64,000 nt of DNA from an uncultured Phycisphaerales bacterium (lineage in GTDB: Bacteria > Planctomycetota > Phycisphaerae > WQYP01). The stretch is from positions 6,939 to 70,938 of the forward strand of contig CAVYBP010000006.1 in assembly GCA_963766775.1 (NCBI GenBank). Reading direction: 5' to 3'. A model generated the notes under the pieces. The model did not search any database. It saw nothing but the letters and a program-made list of their open reading frames with translations, and was not told the origin of the DNA. The translations under genes were made by a program, and so were the position numbers. Of this stretch, positions 20,702 to 31,324 are shown one piece after another. Within the stretch, counting starts at the first letter, position 1, and every line of letters starts with the position of its first letter.

Positions 20702-21343
20702 CTAGCGGCGCTTCAGCGAGAAGCCGTCGAAATCGGCGATCGTGCCGGCAAAGCCCGTCGAGGTCGCCTCGATCCGCAGCCTGACGGTCTTGCCCGCGTA
20801 GGCGAGGACGTTGACTGACTTGGTCACCGGTCGCTTGCCCGAGCAGCCGTTGGCTCGGTTGCCCTGCAGAGCCGGTGGCGAGTACGTCTGCACCCGGTGG
20901 ACCTGGCCGTGGGCGACGATGCTGACCGTCACCTGCGTCGGCTGCAGGTTGCCCCAGGTCCGGAACTTCAGCTTGCCGGGGGACCGCGGCACTTTCAGCT
21001 GCTGCTGGATGTAGCCGTCGGCCCCGCCGGGCGCGTCGATGAATGCGAACGGCCTGCTGCCCTGCGAGCGAGCGCACTTCTGCATCCAGGACCACGTCTC
21101 CCCGTTCGCAGTCGAGTTCAGCGCGCCGACCGCGATCCGCGGATAGCCGGCCCCATTCTGGCCCCGGGACACCACTTTCTTGGACCAGTGGGCCAATCCA
21201 GCGGTGAAGCTGCCGTTCGATACGACGTTGGGCGTGGTGGCGCCCGCGGCGGCCACCGGGAACGCCGCAGCGAGCACCGCGAACGCGAATCGCCGGCGCC
21301 TCTTCCAGCCGGCCCGAAGGGTCCTCGCTGTGGTCGCTTTCAT
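20702..21343 (-). CDS. Secreted protein with a CBM4/9- or DUF642-like beta-sandwich signature
   Basis: An internal ATG at 21343 gives MKATTARTLRAGWKRRRRFAFAVLAAAFPVAAAGA (signal), then NVVSNGSFTAGLAHW. Intact to 20702. Confidence 0.5.
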   Translation of the reverse strand: MKATTARTLRAGWKRRRRFAFAVLAAAFPVAAAGATTPNVVSNGSFTAGLAHWSKKVVSRGQNGAGYPRIAVGALNSTANGETWSWMQKCARSQGSRPFAFIDAPGGADGYIQQQLKVPRSPGKLKFRTWGNLQPTQVTVSIVAHGQVHRVQTYSPPALQGNRANGCSGKRPVTKSVNVLAYAGKTVRLRIEATSTGFAGTIADFDGFSLKRR

Positions 21344-21436
21344 CTCCACCGCCCCTTCCTCAAAGTCCTGTTCGAGTGCGTCGGTCAGCGCAAATCTACA
21401 CCTCAGGTGCGTATAACAGTATGTCACCCAAGTTAC

Positions 21437-21465
21437 TTGACAATACACCGGCAGATGACTAACGT
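21437..21465 (+). promoter_or_regulatory. Candidate sigma-A type promoter TTGACA-17-TAACGT
   Basis: ttgaca (21437-21442), a 17-nt spacer, then taacgt (21460-21465), in the only AT-rich patch of this spacer. It would give a ~225-nt leader to the ORF at 21691. Confidence 0.3.
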
Positions 21466-21690
21466 GATCGGTCGTGAGCCCGCCTGCGAACAGAAGCCCG
21501 GCGTCCGTGGGGCAAGCCGTGTCCCACACAGCCTGGGCGCGGTCGTGGCGATGTTGCTCCCCGGCGTGGTCTGACTGACCTGAAGCTGTCACGAGCGAAC
21601 GCCGAGAACCGGTGTCAACGGTATCGGTAGCCGTGCGAGGTCCAGACCAACAGACCAACGGAGTGACCTGTCATGCGTGAAAGGAACGCA

Positions 21691-21954
21691 ATGCCCAGAA
21701 TCATCGTCGAGGCAGTCCACGCCGACGGCGAGCCGCGCCGCTGGACCCTCAGCGAACGCATCATCGTCGACAACCTCACCACCGACCACTACGCCGACCA
21801 CTTGATCGAACGGCTCAGCTGGGCGACCGCTGACGCTGAGGCCATCGAGTCGCAAACCTCGGATGTCGAGACAGGCCGACAGGATGGCGCCCGGCGGCGC
21901 CGGCTGCCGGGAGCATCGCGGACCGATAGGCGAGTGCGCTCCGCGTTCGGCTAG
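21691..21954 (+). CDS. Small hypothetical protein
   Basis: MPRIIVEAVHADGEPRRWTLSERIIVDNLTTDHYADHLIERLSWATADAEAIE... has protein-like composition. No family recognised. Confidence 0.35.
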   Translation: MPRIIVEAVHADGEPRRWTLSERIIVDNLTTDHYADHLIERLSWATADAEAIESQTSDVETGRQDGARRRRLPGASRTDRRVRSAFG

Positions 21955-22010
21955 CGACCGAGCCTCGCTGGCGGGCGCGTCACCGCCAGCAGCGACGCTA
22001 GCCTCGGTTC

Positions 22011-23436
22011 ATGAGCGCGCAGGCCCATGATCCGCCGCCGGAGGCAAAGAAGCTGCCGACCGGCCGGGTCGCGCGGACGGCCCGGGTCGGCGGGTTGGTG
22101 ACGGGTCAGGGCGTGCGCTGGGCCGGGATGCGAGCCGCCAATCGGGTCCGGACGCCTGAGCGCGCCGCGGCCGCCGAGAACGAGCGGACCGCAGCCCTGG
22201 TGCACGAGCTCGTCGAGCAGCTTGGTCAGATGCGCGGCGCGGCGATGAAGATCGGTCAGATGATCTCCATGGTCGAGTTGGATGGCCTCGCCGAGGAGCA
22301 GCAGGACGAGTTGCAGCGCGAGCTCGCCACGCTCCGCGACGGCATCCCGCCGGTGCCCTTCGCGCGGCTGGAGAAGCTGCTGCGCAAGGAGCTCGGCGCG
22401 CCGCTCGCGAGTGTGTTCTCTGACTTCGACGAGCATGCGTTTGCCGCGGCCTCGATCGGCCAGGTCCATCGCGCGACGACCCTCGATGGTGAGCAGGTGG
22501 TCGCGAAGGTCCAGTATCCCGGGGTGGCGGAGGCGGTCGAGACCGACCTGCGCAACGCGATGATGTTGCTGCCGCTGGTCAAGCGGCTGGCCCCCGGACT
22601 GGACGCGAAGGCGCTGGCCACGGAGATGCGCGAGCGGATCGGGGAGGAGCTCGACTACGAGCTCGAGGCCCAGAACCAGCGCCGCATCGAGCGGCTGATG
22701 CGCGGTCATCCGTTCATCCGCGTGCCGCGCGTCTACACGGACCTTTCGACCCGGCGCGTTCTGGTGTCCGAATACATCGAGGGGGAGAGCTTCGAGGCGG
22801 TGCGCCGGGCCGACGAGGCGCAGCGCGACCGCTACGGGGAGATCGTGTTCCGGTTCTTCTTCGGTCTGCTGTACCGCGACCGGATCGCTCTCGGCGACCC
22901 GCATCCCGGCAACTACCTGCTGCGTCCCGACGGCCGGGTCTGCTTCCTGGACTTCGGATTGCTTCGCGACGTCGACGCCGGCCGTGTGGCCGCAGGAGCG
23001 AGCGATCGCGCTCGCGGTCCGCGAAAAGGACGCGACCGGTCTGAAAGCCGCTCTGGTCGCCGGCGGCTATCTGCCCGGCGGTCGGGCGGACTCGGTCGAC
23101 GCCGACCTCGCCTTGAGGCTGATGCGACGGGCGATCAAGTGGTACGCCGTGCCGGGCGCAGCGTCGATTCTCGTCCGGCCACGAACGTCGAGGCCGCGAT
23201 CGCGAGCGCTCGACAGCGAGCAGCGGGCCGCGATCAGGACGCAGGTCAACCAGTTCACCGTGCCGCCGGAATCAGTCCTGATCCGGCGAATGCACGGCAT
23301 CGTCGCGATCGTGCTGCAGCAACTGCGCGCCGGCGCAGACTGGGGCGCGATCGCGGCCGAGTATCTGCACGGCGCCGAGCCCGCGACGCCGCTGGGGCAG
23401 GCCGAAGCCGATTTCCTCGCGCGCCGCGGTCGGTAG
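22011..23436 (+). CDS. ABC1/UbiB (AarF) family atypical kinase; frameshifted as written
   Basis: MRGAAMKIGQMIS.., FAAASIGQVHRATTLDGEQVVAKVQYPGV, DYELEAQN, VLVSEYIEGESF, GDPHPGNYLLRPDGRVCFLDFGL. The C-terminal part is in the frame of ORF 22984..23436 with further local frame changes. Confidence 0.85.
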
Positions 23437-23568
23437 CCGAGGATCGCTCAAGGGACGGCCGGGCCGCCGCCCGAGTTCGATCCCAGCCGGTCTGACTCCC
23501 GGGGTCCCCGGTTGGGTTAGCATGGCTCCTGCTGGGCATTCGGGTATCGGGTTCAAGGGGGGCTAGGG

Positions 23569-25313
23569 ATGCGGCGGCGGGCGATGGCGGTTGCCGGTCT
23601 GTTGGGGTTGGCTGGTGGGCGTGCAGGCGGCGCTCGCGGGCCCGGCGTTCGTCGGCGTCGGGCTGGACCGCGTACGTCGCCGACTTCGGCGGCAACACCG
23701 TGACGCAGATCAGCACGGCGACCAACACGACGGTCGGGGACCGCGATCCCGGTTGGCGGCGGCCCGCTCGGCGTGGCGATCACGCCCGACGGCAAGACCG
23801 CCTACGTCACCAACAACACGGACGCCGAACGGTGACGCCGATCAGCATCGCGACCAACACGCCGGGGACGGCGATCCCCGTCGGGAAGGCCCCCAGAGGG
23901 ATCGCGATCACTCCGGACGGCAAGACCGCCTACGTCGCCAACAACGACGACAACACGGTGACGCCGATCACCATCGCCACGAACACGGCGGGAACGGCGA
24001 TCCCGGTCGGCACGCACCCCGGCGACGTGGCGATCACTCCCGACGGCAAGACCGCCTACGTCGCCAACTACGCCGCCAACACGGTGACGCCGATCAGCAC
24101 CGCGACGAACACGCCGGGGACGGCGATCCCCGTCGGCACGGGCCCGTTCGCGCTGGCGATCACTCCCGACGGCAAGACCGTCTACGTCGCGAACTTCAAC
24201 GCCGACACGGTGACGCCGATCAACACCGCGACGAACACGCCGGGGACGGCGATCCCCGTCGGCGCCCAACCCGTTCGGGGTGGCGATCACCCCGGACGGC
24301 AAGACCGCCTACGTCGCCAACAACGGGCTCCAACACGGTGACGCCGATCAACACCGCGACCAACACCGCCGGGCACGGCGATCACCGTCGGCGCGGGTCC
24401 CGAAGGGATCGCCGTCACGCCGGACGGCAAGACCGTCTACGTCGCCAACGAGGTCGGCGACTCGGTGACGCCGATCAACACCGCCACCAACACGGCCGGG
24501 ACGGCGATCCCCGCTCGGCACGCAGCCCACCGCGATTGCCATCACGCCCGATCAGGCGCCGAGCTGCGGCGTTCTCGGTGACCGCGGCGCCGGCCGGCCA
24601 GGCGTCGAGCTTCGACGGGTCGGCCTCCTCGAGCCCGGTCGGGTCGATCGCCGGCTACCGGTGGGACTTCGGGGACGGCCAGAGCGCGACGACCACGACC
24701 CCGGCCACCTCGCACGTCTACACCCAGCCGGGCACCTACACCGGCTCGGCTGACGGTCACCAACAGCGCCGGCACGTCGCTCGCGCAGGTGTTCACCGGC
24801 CAGACCGTCAGCAACCAGGGCGGACCGCAGGCCGCAACCACCCATGCCGTCACGGTGGCCAAGCCACCACACCGGCGGCGGCGGGTCGCAGCTGTCGAAA
24901 CTGCGCATCTCACCGAGCAGCGTCTCGATCGCCGGGCGACTGGTCAACGGCGAGTGCGTCAAGTCCACCGCCAAGAACAAGCACAACAAACGCTGCCGGC
25001 GCGCGATCAATCTGCACGTCAGCTACAAGCTCACAGCCGCGGCGAACGTCACGTTCACGCTCAAGCGCCAGGACGCCGGCCGCAAGGTCAACGGCCGCTG
25101 CGTCAAGCCCACGAAGAACAACCGCAAGCACAAGCGCTGCACACGGCTGACCGCGCGTGTCAGGAAAGATCACCAAGACCGGGCCGCCGGGCCAACAGCT
25201 TCAACTTCAACGGCAAGATCGGCGGCCATAACCTCGGCCGCGGCAGCTACCAGCTCACCGCCACACCGAGCGGTGGCGGATCCAAGCAGGGCACGTTCCA
25301 GATCACGGGATGA
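23569..25313 (+). CDS. Secreted YVTN-repeat beta-propeller protein with a PKD domain and a C-terminal Lys/Arg-rich domain; frameshifted as written
   Basis: The ATG at 23569 is followed by a signal peptide. Seven ~40-residue units follow, of the form AYVAN..NTVTPI.TATNT.GTAIPVG..P..VAITPDGKT, spread over 3 frames. Then a PKD-like stretch (GYRWDFGDGQSATTTTPATSHVYTQPGTY) and the tail ..GSYQLTATPSGGGSKQGTFQITG. Confidence 0.8.
23690..24540 (+). repeat. Seven tandem ~120-bp coding repeats (YVTN blades)
   Basis: Recurrent ..acgcccgacggcaagaccgcctacgtcgccaac..acggtgacgccgatc..accgcgac(c/g)aacac.. at a ~120-bp period, inside the CDS. Confidence 0.85.
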
Positions 25314-25371
25314 CGGCCGCGGAGTGGGCCACACGTTGACGCGGGCGTGCGGCCCACACTACGATCGCCCG

Positions 25372-26829
25372 ATGGATGTTCGGAGTGCCGCCCCCCGCGG
25401 GCTGACTGCCGTCCTGATCGCGGCGGTCGTGCTCTGGTCGGCGGCGACGGCTTCCGGGGCGGCATTCAAGCGCGCGGTGCGTACCCGATCCCGGGGCCGC
25501 CGGTCGTCCTGGTCACGGGCTTGGACGACTCGACGCCCGGGATGAGCCCGGGCGGCAACTGCAACTCCGTCGGCAGCATGGCGGCGATGTGCTCAGCGCT
25601 CCAGAGGGCCGGGCACAAGGTCTACGTGGTCTCCTCGCGCAGCGGCTCCGGCGCGGTGATCGACAACCACGCCGCATTTGACGGCAACGCGCGCAGCCTC
25701 GCCCACTACCTCGCCACGGTGGTCAAGGCGCCGGCGCTGCTCGTCGGTCACAGCATGGGCGGGATCCTGTCGCGGATCGCCATCTCACGGTACGGCGCCG
25801 CGAGCGTCGGCCTGTTCACGATCGGCTCGCCGCACGACGGGAGCTTCGGCGCCGATCTCGTCGAGGGCGCGGCCGGACTGCCGTGCAGCGGCGTCATCTG
25901 CCTCGGGTCTGAATCCGCAGCCAAGCTGATCCTCTCGCACATGGGATCGGGCGCGGTGGCCGACCTGACCCAGTCAGCCAGAACGGCCGACAACGCGAAC
26001 CTCTCGCCCCGGGAGTGCCGATGTGGACCTATGCCGGCACCGTGTGCAGTGCGCCCGATCCGTCGGGCTACTACTTCCCGAACGACGGAATCGTCGGCCG
26101 CTCGAGCGCCTTCGGCGTCAGCGCCAATCTCGGGTCGACCGCGCGCTACCAGGGCAACACGTTCCACCAGCAGACGCTCGAGACGGTCCTCAAGCTGATC
26201 TGCAGTCCGTTCTCCGGAACCGGCACCGAGCTGAACGATCCGGCGGTGATCAGCGACGTCGTCCACGCCGCGGCCTGCTCGGGCGCGGAGCTGCGGCGGC
26301 GCCGCGGACGGCGTCGGATGCCCGCGCGAAGAAGCACAAGCGCCCAAGCGCCCAAGCCCCGATTCACGTCCGGATCGTCGTCAAGCTGCTGTCCGCCCAC
26401 TCCGAGACGGCGCCCCCCGGCACGACGGTCACCGTATCCCGGTCGACCAGCCTGATCGCCACCAGCGCGTTCAGCGCGAAATGCAACGGCAACCAGGTGC
26501 CCGCGCTCCCTGCCCTGTCGGGGATCTTTACGGCTTCGCGCCCGGCTCTCTGAACTGCAGCACCGTGACGATCACCGGCTCGGCGCCCGTGGAGCTCGGC
26601 GTTCTGTCCGATGAGCACAACGTGGTGGCGAGGATCGTTGGGCAGAAGAAGGTGCTGCACATCACCGTGTCGGCCAACGGCTCGATCAGCGCCACCGCGA
26701 TCACCACTGCCGTGGCCGCACTGTGCACTCACCCGGGTCCGCCACGGGGCTCGCCGGGTGACGTTGACCGTGACGCTCAAGCGCGCGAGCAACACGACCC
26801 TCTCGGCGACCGTCGCCGGCCAGCGGTAA
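25372..26829 (+). CDS. Secreted lipase/esterase (alpha/beta hydrolase, GHSMGG) with a C-terminal extension; frameshifted as written
   Basis: The ATG at 25372 is followed by a signal (LTAVLIAAVVLWSAATASGAA). Then PVVLVTGLDDS.., LVGHSMGGILSR, FTIGSPHDGS. Later pieces are in the frames of ORFs 26015, 26023, 26481 and 26611. Confidence 0.7.
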
Positions 26830-26996
26830 ACGGGCAAGATCCCCCGTTCGCCTAGACAAGCAGGGACAGATCAGCGGCGGTGGTAGGGTCGTCGGCGTGC
26901 TGGGCCGACCTTCTCGGAAGACGCGCCAGGATCCTTAAAAGCCCATGGCCATCGGCGGTGGCGGTCGTGCTCGAGGCGGGCAAGCACGGGTTCAGC

Positions 26997-27323
26997 ATGA
27001 GCTCCGGCAATGAGACCAGCTGGAACAACGAGGTCGCAGCGAAGGTCCGAATTCGCGTCGAGCCGGTCAATGAGCCGAGCTTCGAGTGGGAAGGCCGGCT
27101 TCGCTTCTGGGAGACCCAGACCCCGGTAGCCGACGATCGGATCTGGGTGCTCTTTGATCCCGAGGACCACGAGAAGCTGATGGTCGACTTCTCCGAACAC
27201 GCCGGCGCCTTCGGTGGACACTTCTCCAAGGAGGCCAACGCTGATACGGCCGCCGGCCTGACGTGGGCGGTCCAGTCCACCCAGGACAGCCCGGTCCCCG
27301 CTCCGGGTCCCGACGTCGGCTGA
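26997..27323 (+). CDS. Hypothetical protein (small beta-rich domain)
   Basis: MSSGNETSWNNEVAAKVRIRVEPVNEPSFEWEGRLRFWETQTPVADDRIWVLFDPEDHEKLMVDF... It ends at a TGA (27321-27323) that is in frame with the next ORF. Confidence 0.45.
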   Translation: MSSGNETSWNNEVAAKVRIRVEPVNEPSFEWEGRLRFWETQTPVADDRIWVLFDPEDHEKLMVDFSEHAGAFGGHFSKEANADTAAGLTWAVQSTQDSPVPAPGPDVG

Positions 27324-27335
27324 TTTCTCCAGGAC

Positions 27336-27578
27336 GTGGCGAAGGCTCAGCAGCAGGCTGGGGGTGACCGCGAGAAGCTGGGCGAGTCCCTTCAGCAGCT
27401 GCTCGGCGGCCGGGCGACGATCATCGGGACCGCCGGTGGCTCCGCGGCGGCGCCCGACCCGCTCGACTCCGTGGCCGGGCTCGAGCGGCTCGCGGACCTG
27501 CGTGATCGCGGCGTGCTCACGCCCGAGGAGTTCGAGGTGCAGAAGCGACGGCTGCTGGGCGAGCCGCCGTCCTCGTAA
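27336..27578 (+). CDS. SHOCT-domain protein
   Basis: The C-terminus LERLADLRDRGVLTPEEFEVQKRRLL is the SHOCT short C-terminal oligomerisation motif. The start is GTG, in the same frame as the preceding ORF. Confidence 0.6.
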   Translation: MAKAQQQAGGDREKLGESLQQLLGGRATIIGTAGGSAAAPDPLDSVAGLERLADLRDRGVLTPEEFEVQKRRLLGEPPSS

Positions 27579-27676
27579 CCGAGACGGCAGCTCCCGTTTC
27601 GCTGTGGTGCCGCCGTTCGGTGCTACGCTGCGCGCCGCCGAAGAGATCTGCGGATTGACGGTAGAGGAGGAGTGCC

Positions 27677-30158
27677 ATGGTGCGAACGTTCGCTGGAGGC
27701 GTCGTAGCGACGCTTGTCGCGTTGTGCTGATGGTGGCCCCCGCCGGGGCGCGGGTCGACTTCTCCGGGCCGGCGTTCAACATCCTGGCGCCCGGCGAGTT
27801 CGGCGGCGCTGCCGGCCAACCAGTACTCCACCGATCAGGGCGAGCTCTACAACGCGCTCACGCCGCTCGCAGGGCCACGTCACGACCGCCGACCTGAGCC
27901 GCTACTACCTGTCGGAGAAGTTCGGCGTCACCGGTCCGATCGTCCGGCGCGAGCAGACCGGCCGAGCCGGGGCTGCAGATCCTGCGCGACAAGCAACGAC
28001 ATCCCGCACATCTACGGCAAGACCCGCGCCGACGTGATGTTCGGCTCGGGATGGGTGGCGGCCGAGGATCGCGGGCTGCTGCTGCTCGAGGGCCTCGGCC
28101 CGGCCTACCTGGCCACGCTCGACGTGCCCGGGCATCAACCCGTTCGGCCTCGTCACCTCGGCCCGCTCGTTCACGCCGAGCCAGCAGACGATCCACTTCG
28201 TCGCCAAGCAGGAGAACGTGCTCCGGCGGGCCGGCGCGACAGGGCCGGCAGGTGCTGCGCGATCTCCAGAACTGGGTCGACGGCATCAACGCCTACGAGG
28301 CCTCGCCCGCCCAGGCCGGCCCGAAGCTGCCGCACGCCAAGCTGACCGACGCGATCGCGGGCTTCGCCTTCATCGGCTCGATCTTCGGCAACGGCGGCGG
28401 CAACGAGGTCGCCAACTCCGACTTCCTGGCCCGCCTCGAGCGCCGGCTCGGGCGCAAGGCCGGGACTGAAGGTGTTCCGCGACCTGCGCGAGGTCAACGA
28501 TCCCGAGGCGCCGACGACGATCAGCAAGCCGTTCCCCTACGACGGCGTGCCCAACGGGCCCGACCCCGGGCGCGATGGTGATCGACCCCGGCTCGGAGAG
28601 CAGCTCCGCAGACCGCCGCGGCCACCGCGCACGCGGCCTCGCATCGCCTGGCCTCGAACTTCATCATCGCCGGCGCCAAGCACTCGGCCGACGGTCATCC
28701 GCTGGCCGTGATGGGCCCGCAGCTCGGCTACTACTACCCCGAGATCGTGATGCAGGGCGACCTCCACGGCGGCGGCATCGACGCGCGCGGGATCATCGCG
28801 CCGATCGCGCCGTACGTGTTCATCGGCCGCGGCCGCGACTTCGCCTGGAGCCTGACCAGCGCCGACTCCCAGAACGAGCAGCAGTTCCTCGAGCAGCTGT
28901 GCAACCCCGACGGGAGCACGCCCCACGCGCGCCTCCACGCACTACCTCTACAAGGGCCGCTGCCGGGCGATGCAGCTGTTCGACGCCGGCCTGCTCGGAG
29001 CCGGCGGCGGCCAGCCGGCGCGCGAGCTGAAGCTTCTACGAGACCGTCCACGGCCCGGTCAGCGGGACGGTCACGGTCCACGGCCGGCCGTACGCCGTCG
29101 CGCTCGACCGCTCGACGCGCGGCGACGAGCCCGATGGCGAGCTGGCCCTCAGCGCGCTCGACTCGAACGAGGTGCATTCCCCGCAGCAGTTCTTCCAGGC
29201 GGTCAACCACTTCGGGACGACGTTCAACTGGCCCTACATCGACAGCAAGCACATCGCCTACTTCTCCTCCGGGCCGGCTGCCGATCATGGCGCCGGGCAC
29301 CGACCCGAGCCTGCCGGCGCTGGGAACCGGCAAGTACGACTGGCGCGGCTGGCTGCCGCTGAACCGCCACCCGCACATGATCGAGCCGCGCTCCGACATC
29401 CTCACCAACTGGAACAACAAGCCGGCGCCGGGCTGGGGAGCGGCCTCTGACAACTACGGCTACGGCGCGGTCCACCGCGTGCAGCTCTACCGCGGCTTCA
29501 CCAAGGGGATGCATGAGAACAACGACGTCTCGATCATGAACCGCGCCGCGACCGAGGACCTGCGCGTGATCGAGGTCTGGCCGATCATCAGGCGCGTCCT
29601 CGACGGCGGACCGGCCCCGAGCAAGCTCGCGGCGCGGGCCGCTGCGCTGATCGACCGCTGGCGCAGCCAGGGCGCGAGCCGCATCGACCTGAACCTCGAC
29701 GGGCGGATCGACGCGCCCGGGCGCCGCGGTCATGGACACCGCCTGGGACGGGATCGCCACGGCGGTCATGCGACCGGTGCTGGGCCCGCTGACCAGCAAC
29801 CTCGCGCAGCATGCTCCGTTCAGCTCCACGCCGTCGTTCGATCCCGGCTGGTTCGGGTACGTGTCCAAGGACCTGCGCACCGAGCTGGGGATGAAGGTCC
29901 GCGGCCCGTACAGCCGCCGCTACTGCGGCAACGGCAGCCTCAAGGCGCTGCCGAGCCGTCGTTGTGGGCGGCGATCCAGGCCGCGGCGGTCAAGCTGTCA
30001 AGGCAGCCAGGGCCCGAACCCTTCGAGCTGGCACTCGAGCGCCACCGCCGAGCGGATCACGTTCATCCCGGGACTGATCCCGTTCACGATGCGCTGGACG
30101 AACCGCTCCACCTTCCAGCAGGTGATCGAGTTCACCGGCCACGCCGGGACCTGGTTGA
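27677..30158 (+). CDS. Penicillin acylase (S45 Ntn-hydrolase) family protein, secreted; heavily frameshifted as written
   Basis: The ATG at 27677 follows GAGGAGGA. Pieces across all three frames read IPHIYGKTRADVMFGSGWVAAEDRGLLL, SNFIIAGAKHSADGHPLAVMGPQLGYYYPEIVMQGDLHG (Ser nucleophile context), VHGPV, FNWPYIDSKHIAYF, NWNNKPAPGW and WTNRSTFQQVIEF. The expected stop (TGA 30156-30158) is out of frame as written. Confidence 0.8.
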
Positions 30159-31324
30159 CCCCAACTCTGCAGTCCTCTGCGTCGGCCGTCCGCGTCGAGG
30201 GTGTGACCAAGCGCTTCGGCGCGACGGTCGCGCTCGCGGGGGTCGACCTCGAGGTGGCCGAGGGGACCGTGTTCGGGCTGCTCGGGCCGAACGGGGCCGG
30301 GAAGACCACGCTGGTTCGAGTGCTCGCGACCCTGCTGACGCCCGACGCGGGGCGCGCCGAGGTGTTCGGGCGCGACGTGGTGCACGAGGCCGCGGCGGTT
30401 CGCCAGCTGCTCGGTCTCACCGGACAGTTCGCCGCGGTCGACGAGATCCTCACCGGGCGGGAGAACCTGCAGATGTTCGGCCGGCTGTTCGACCTCTCGC
30501 CGGCCGAGGCGCGCCGGCGGACCGGCGAGCTGCTGGAGCGCTTCGAACTGGCCGACGCCGCCGACCGACCGGCACGCACGTACTCCGGAGGGATGCGCCG
30601 CCGGCTCGACCTCGCCTCGAGCCTGCTCACGCGTCCGCGGATCCTGTTTCTCGACGAGCCGACCACCGGGCTCGATCCGCGCAGCCGCAACGAGATCTGG
30701 GCGATCGTGCGCGAGCTCGTCCGCGAGGGGACGACGCTCCTGCTGACGACCCAGTACCTCGAGGAGGCCGACCAGCTCGCCGACCGGATCGCGGTGATCG
30801 ATCACGGGCGGGTGATCGCCCAGGGCACAGGCAACGAGCTCAAGGATCAGGTCGGCGGGCAGATCCTCGAGGTCGAGCTGACCAGCGCCGCCACGTCGCG
30901 ACGAGGCGCTGTCGGTGCTGGCCGGGTGGGCTGCGGCGACCCAGAGCCGGGCGAGCGGCTGGACCAGCTCACGCTTCCGGCGCCGCGCGATGGCCTGGAG
31001 CTGATCGAGGACGCCGCCTCGGCGCTGCGTCATGCGGGGATCGGCGTGAGCGACCTCGGGCTGCGCCGGCCGACGCTCGACGACGTGTTCCTGCAGCTCA
31101 CCGGCGCGCCGCCGAGCGAGGACGGCGCCGGCCCGGAGGCGTCCGCAGGGCGGCGCCGGCCGCGTCCGCGACGCGCGCGCAGCGCCGCAGCCGACCGTCG
31201 CGCGAGGCGGTCGCTGCGCGTTGCACCGCCCCTCGCTGCAGCGGGCTGCGCTCGGCCGTCACCGACGCGCGCGTGGTCACCGGCCGCAACCTGCGCCACT
31301 TCATCCGCCAGCCGCAGCTGCTGA
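30155..31324 (+). CDS. ABC transporter ATP-binding protein (DrrA/daunorubicin-resistance type)
   Basis: The TTG at 30155 overlaps the acylase stop (TTGA). Motifs: GLLGPNGAGKTT (Walker A), YSGGMRRRLDLA (signature), ILFLDEPTTGLD (Walker B), LLTTQYLEEA. The literal stop at 31322-31324 overlaps the permease gene by ~100 nt, so the true 3' end is unresolved. Confidence 0.8.
   Translation: MTPTLQSSASAVRVEGVTKRFGATVALAGVDLEVAEGTVFGLLGPNGAGKTTLVRVLATLLTPDAGRAEVFGRDVVHEAAAVRQLLGLTGQFAAVDEILTGRENLQMFGRLFDLSPAEARRRTGELLERFELADAADRPARTYSGGMRRRLDLASSLLTRPRILFLDEPTTGLDPRSRNEIWAIVRELVREGTTLLLTTQYLEEADQLADRIAVIDHGRVIAQGTGNELKDQVGGQILEVELTSAATSRRGAVGAGRVGCGDPEPGERLDQLTLPAPRDGLELIEDAASALRHAGIGVSDLGLRRPTLDDVFLQLTGAPPSEDGAGPEASAGRRRPRPRRARSAAADRRARRSLRVAPPLAAAGCARPSPTRAWSPAATCATSSASRSC

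Noticed and set aside
21466-21690. Patches resembling the ZTP (pfl) riboswitch consensus (GGTCGTGA, GCGAAC, GGGGCAAGCC, GCCTGGGC) in the long leader upstream of the small ORF at 21691
   Set aside because: The P1 pairing (GGGUCG with CGACCC) cannot be formed from the sequence, the spacing differs from the consensus as I recall it, and the downstream gene is not a purine or folate gene. An Rfam/Infernal scan would settle it.
23440-23500. tRNA-like T-arm string GAGTTCGATCCCAGC
   Set aside because: No matching acceptor, D or anticodon stems can be drawn around it, and no CCA-proximal acceptor complement is present. It lies in the 3' region just after the ABC1 kinase gene.
23690-24540. Regular ~120-bp periodic repeats that could be mistaken for a CRISPR-like array
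   Set aside because: The repeats are contiguous and coding (YVTN beta-propeller blades) and diverge gradually. There are no unique spacers between short conserved repeats.
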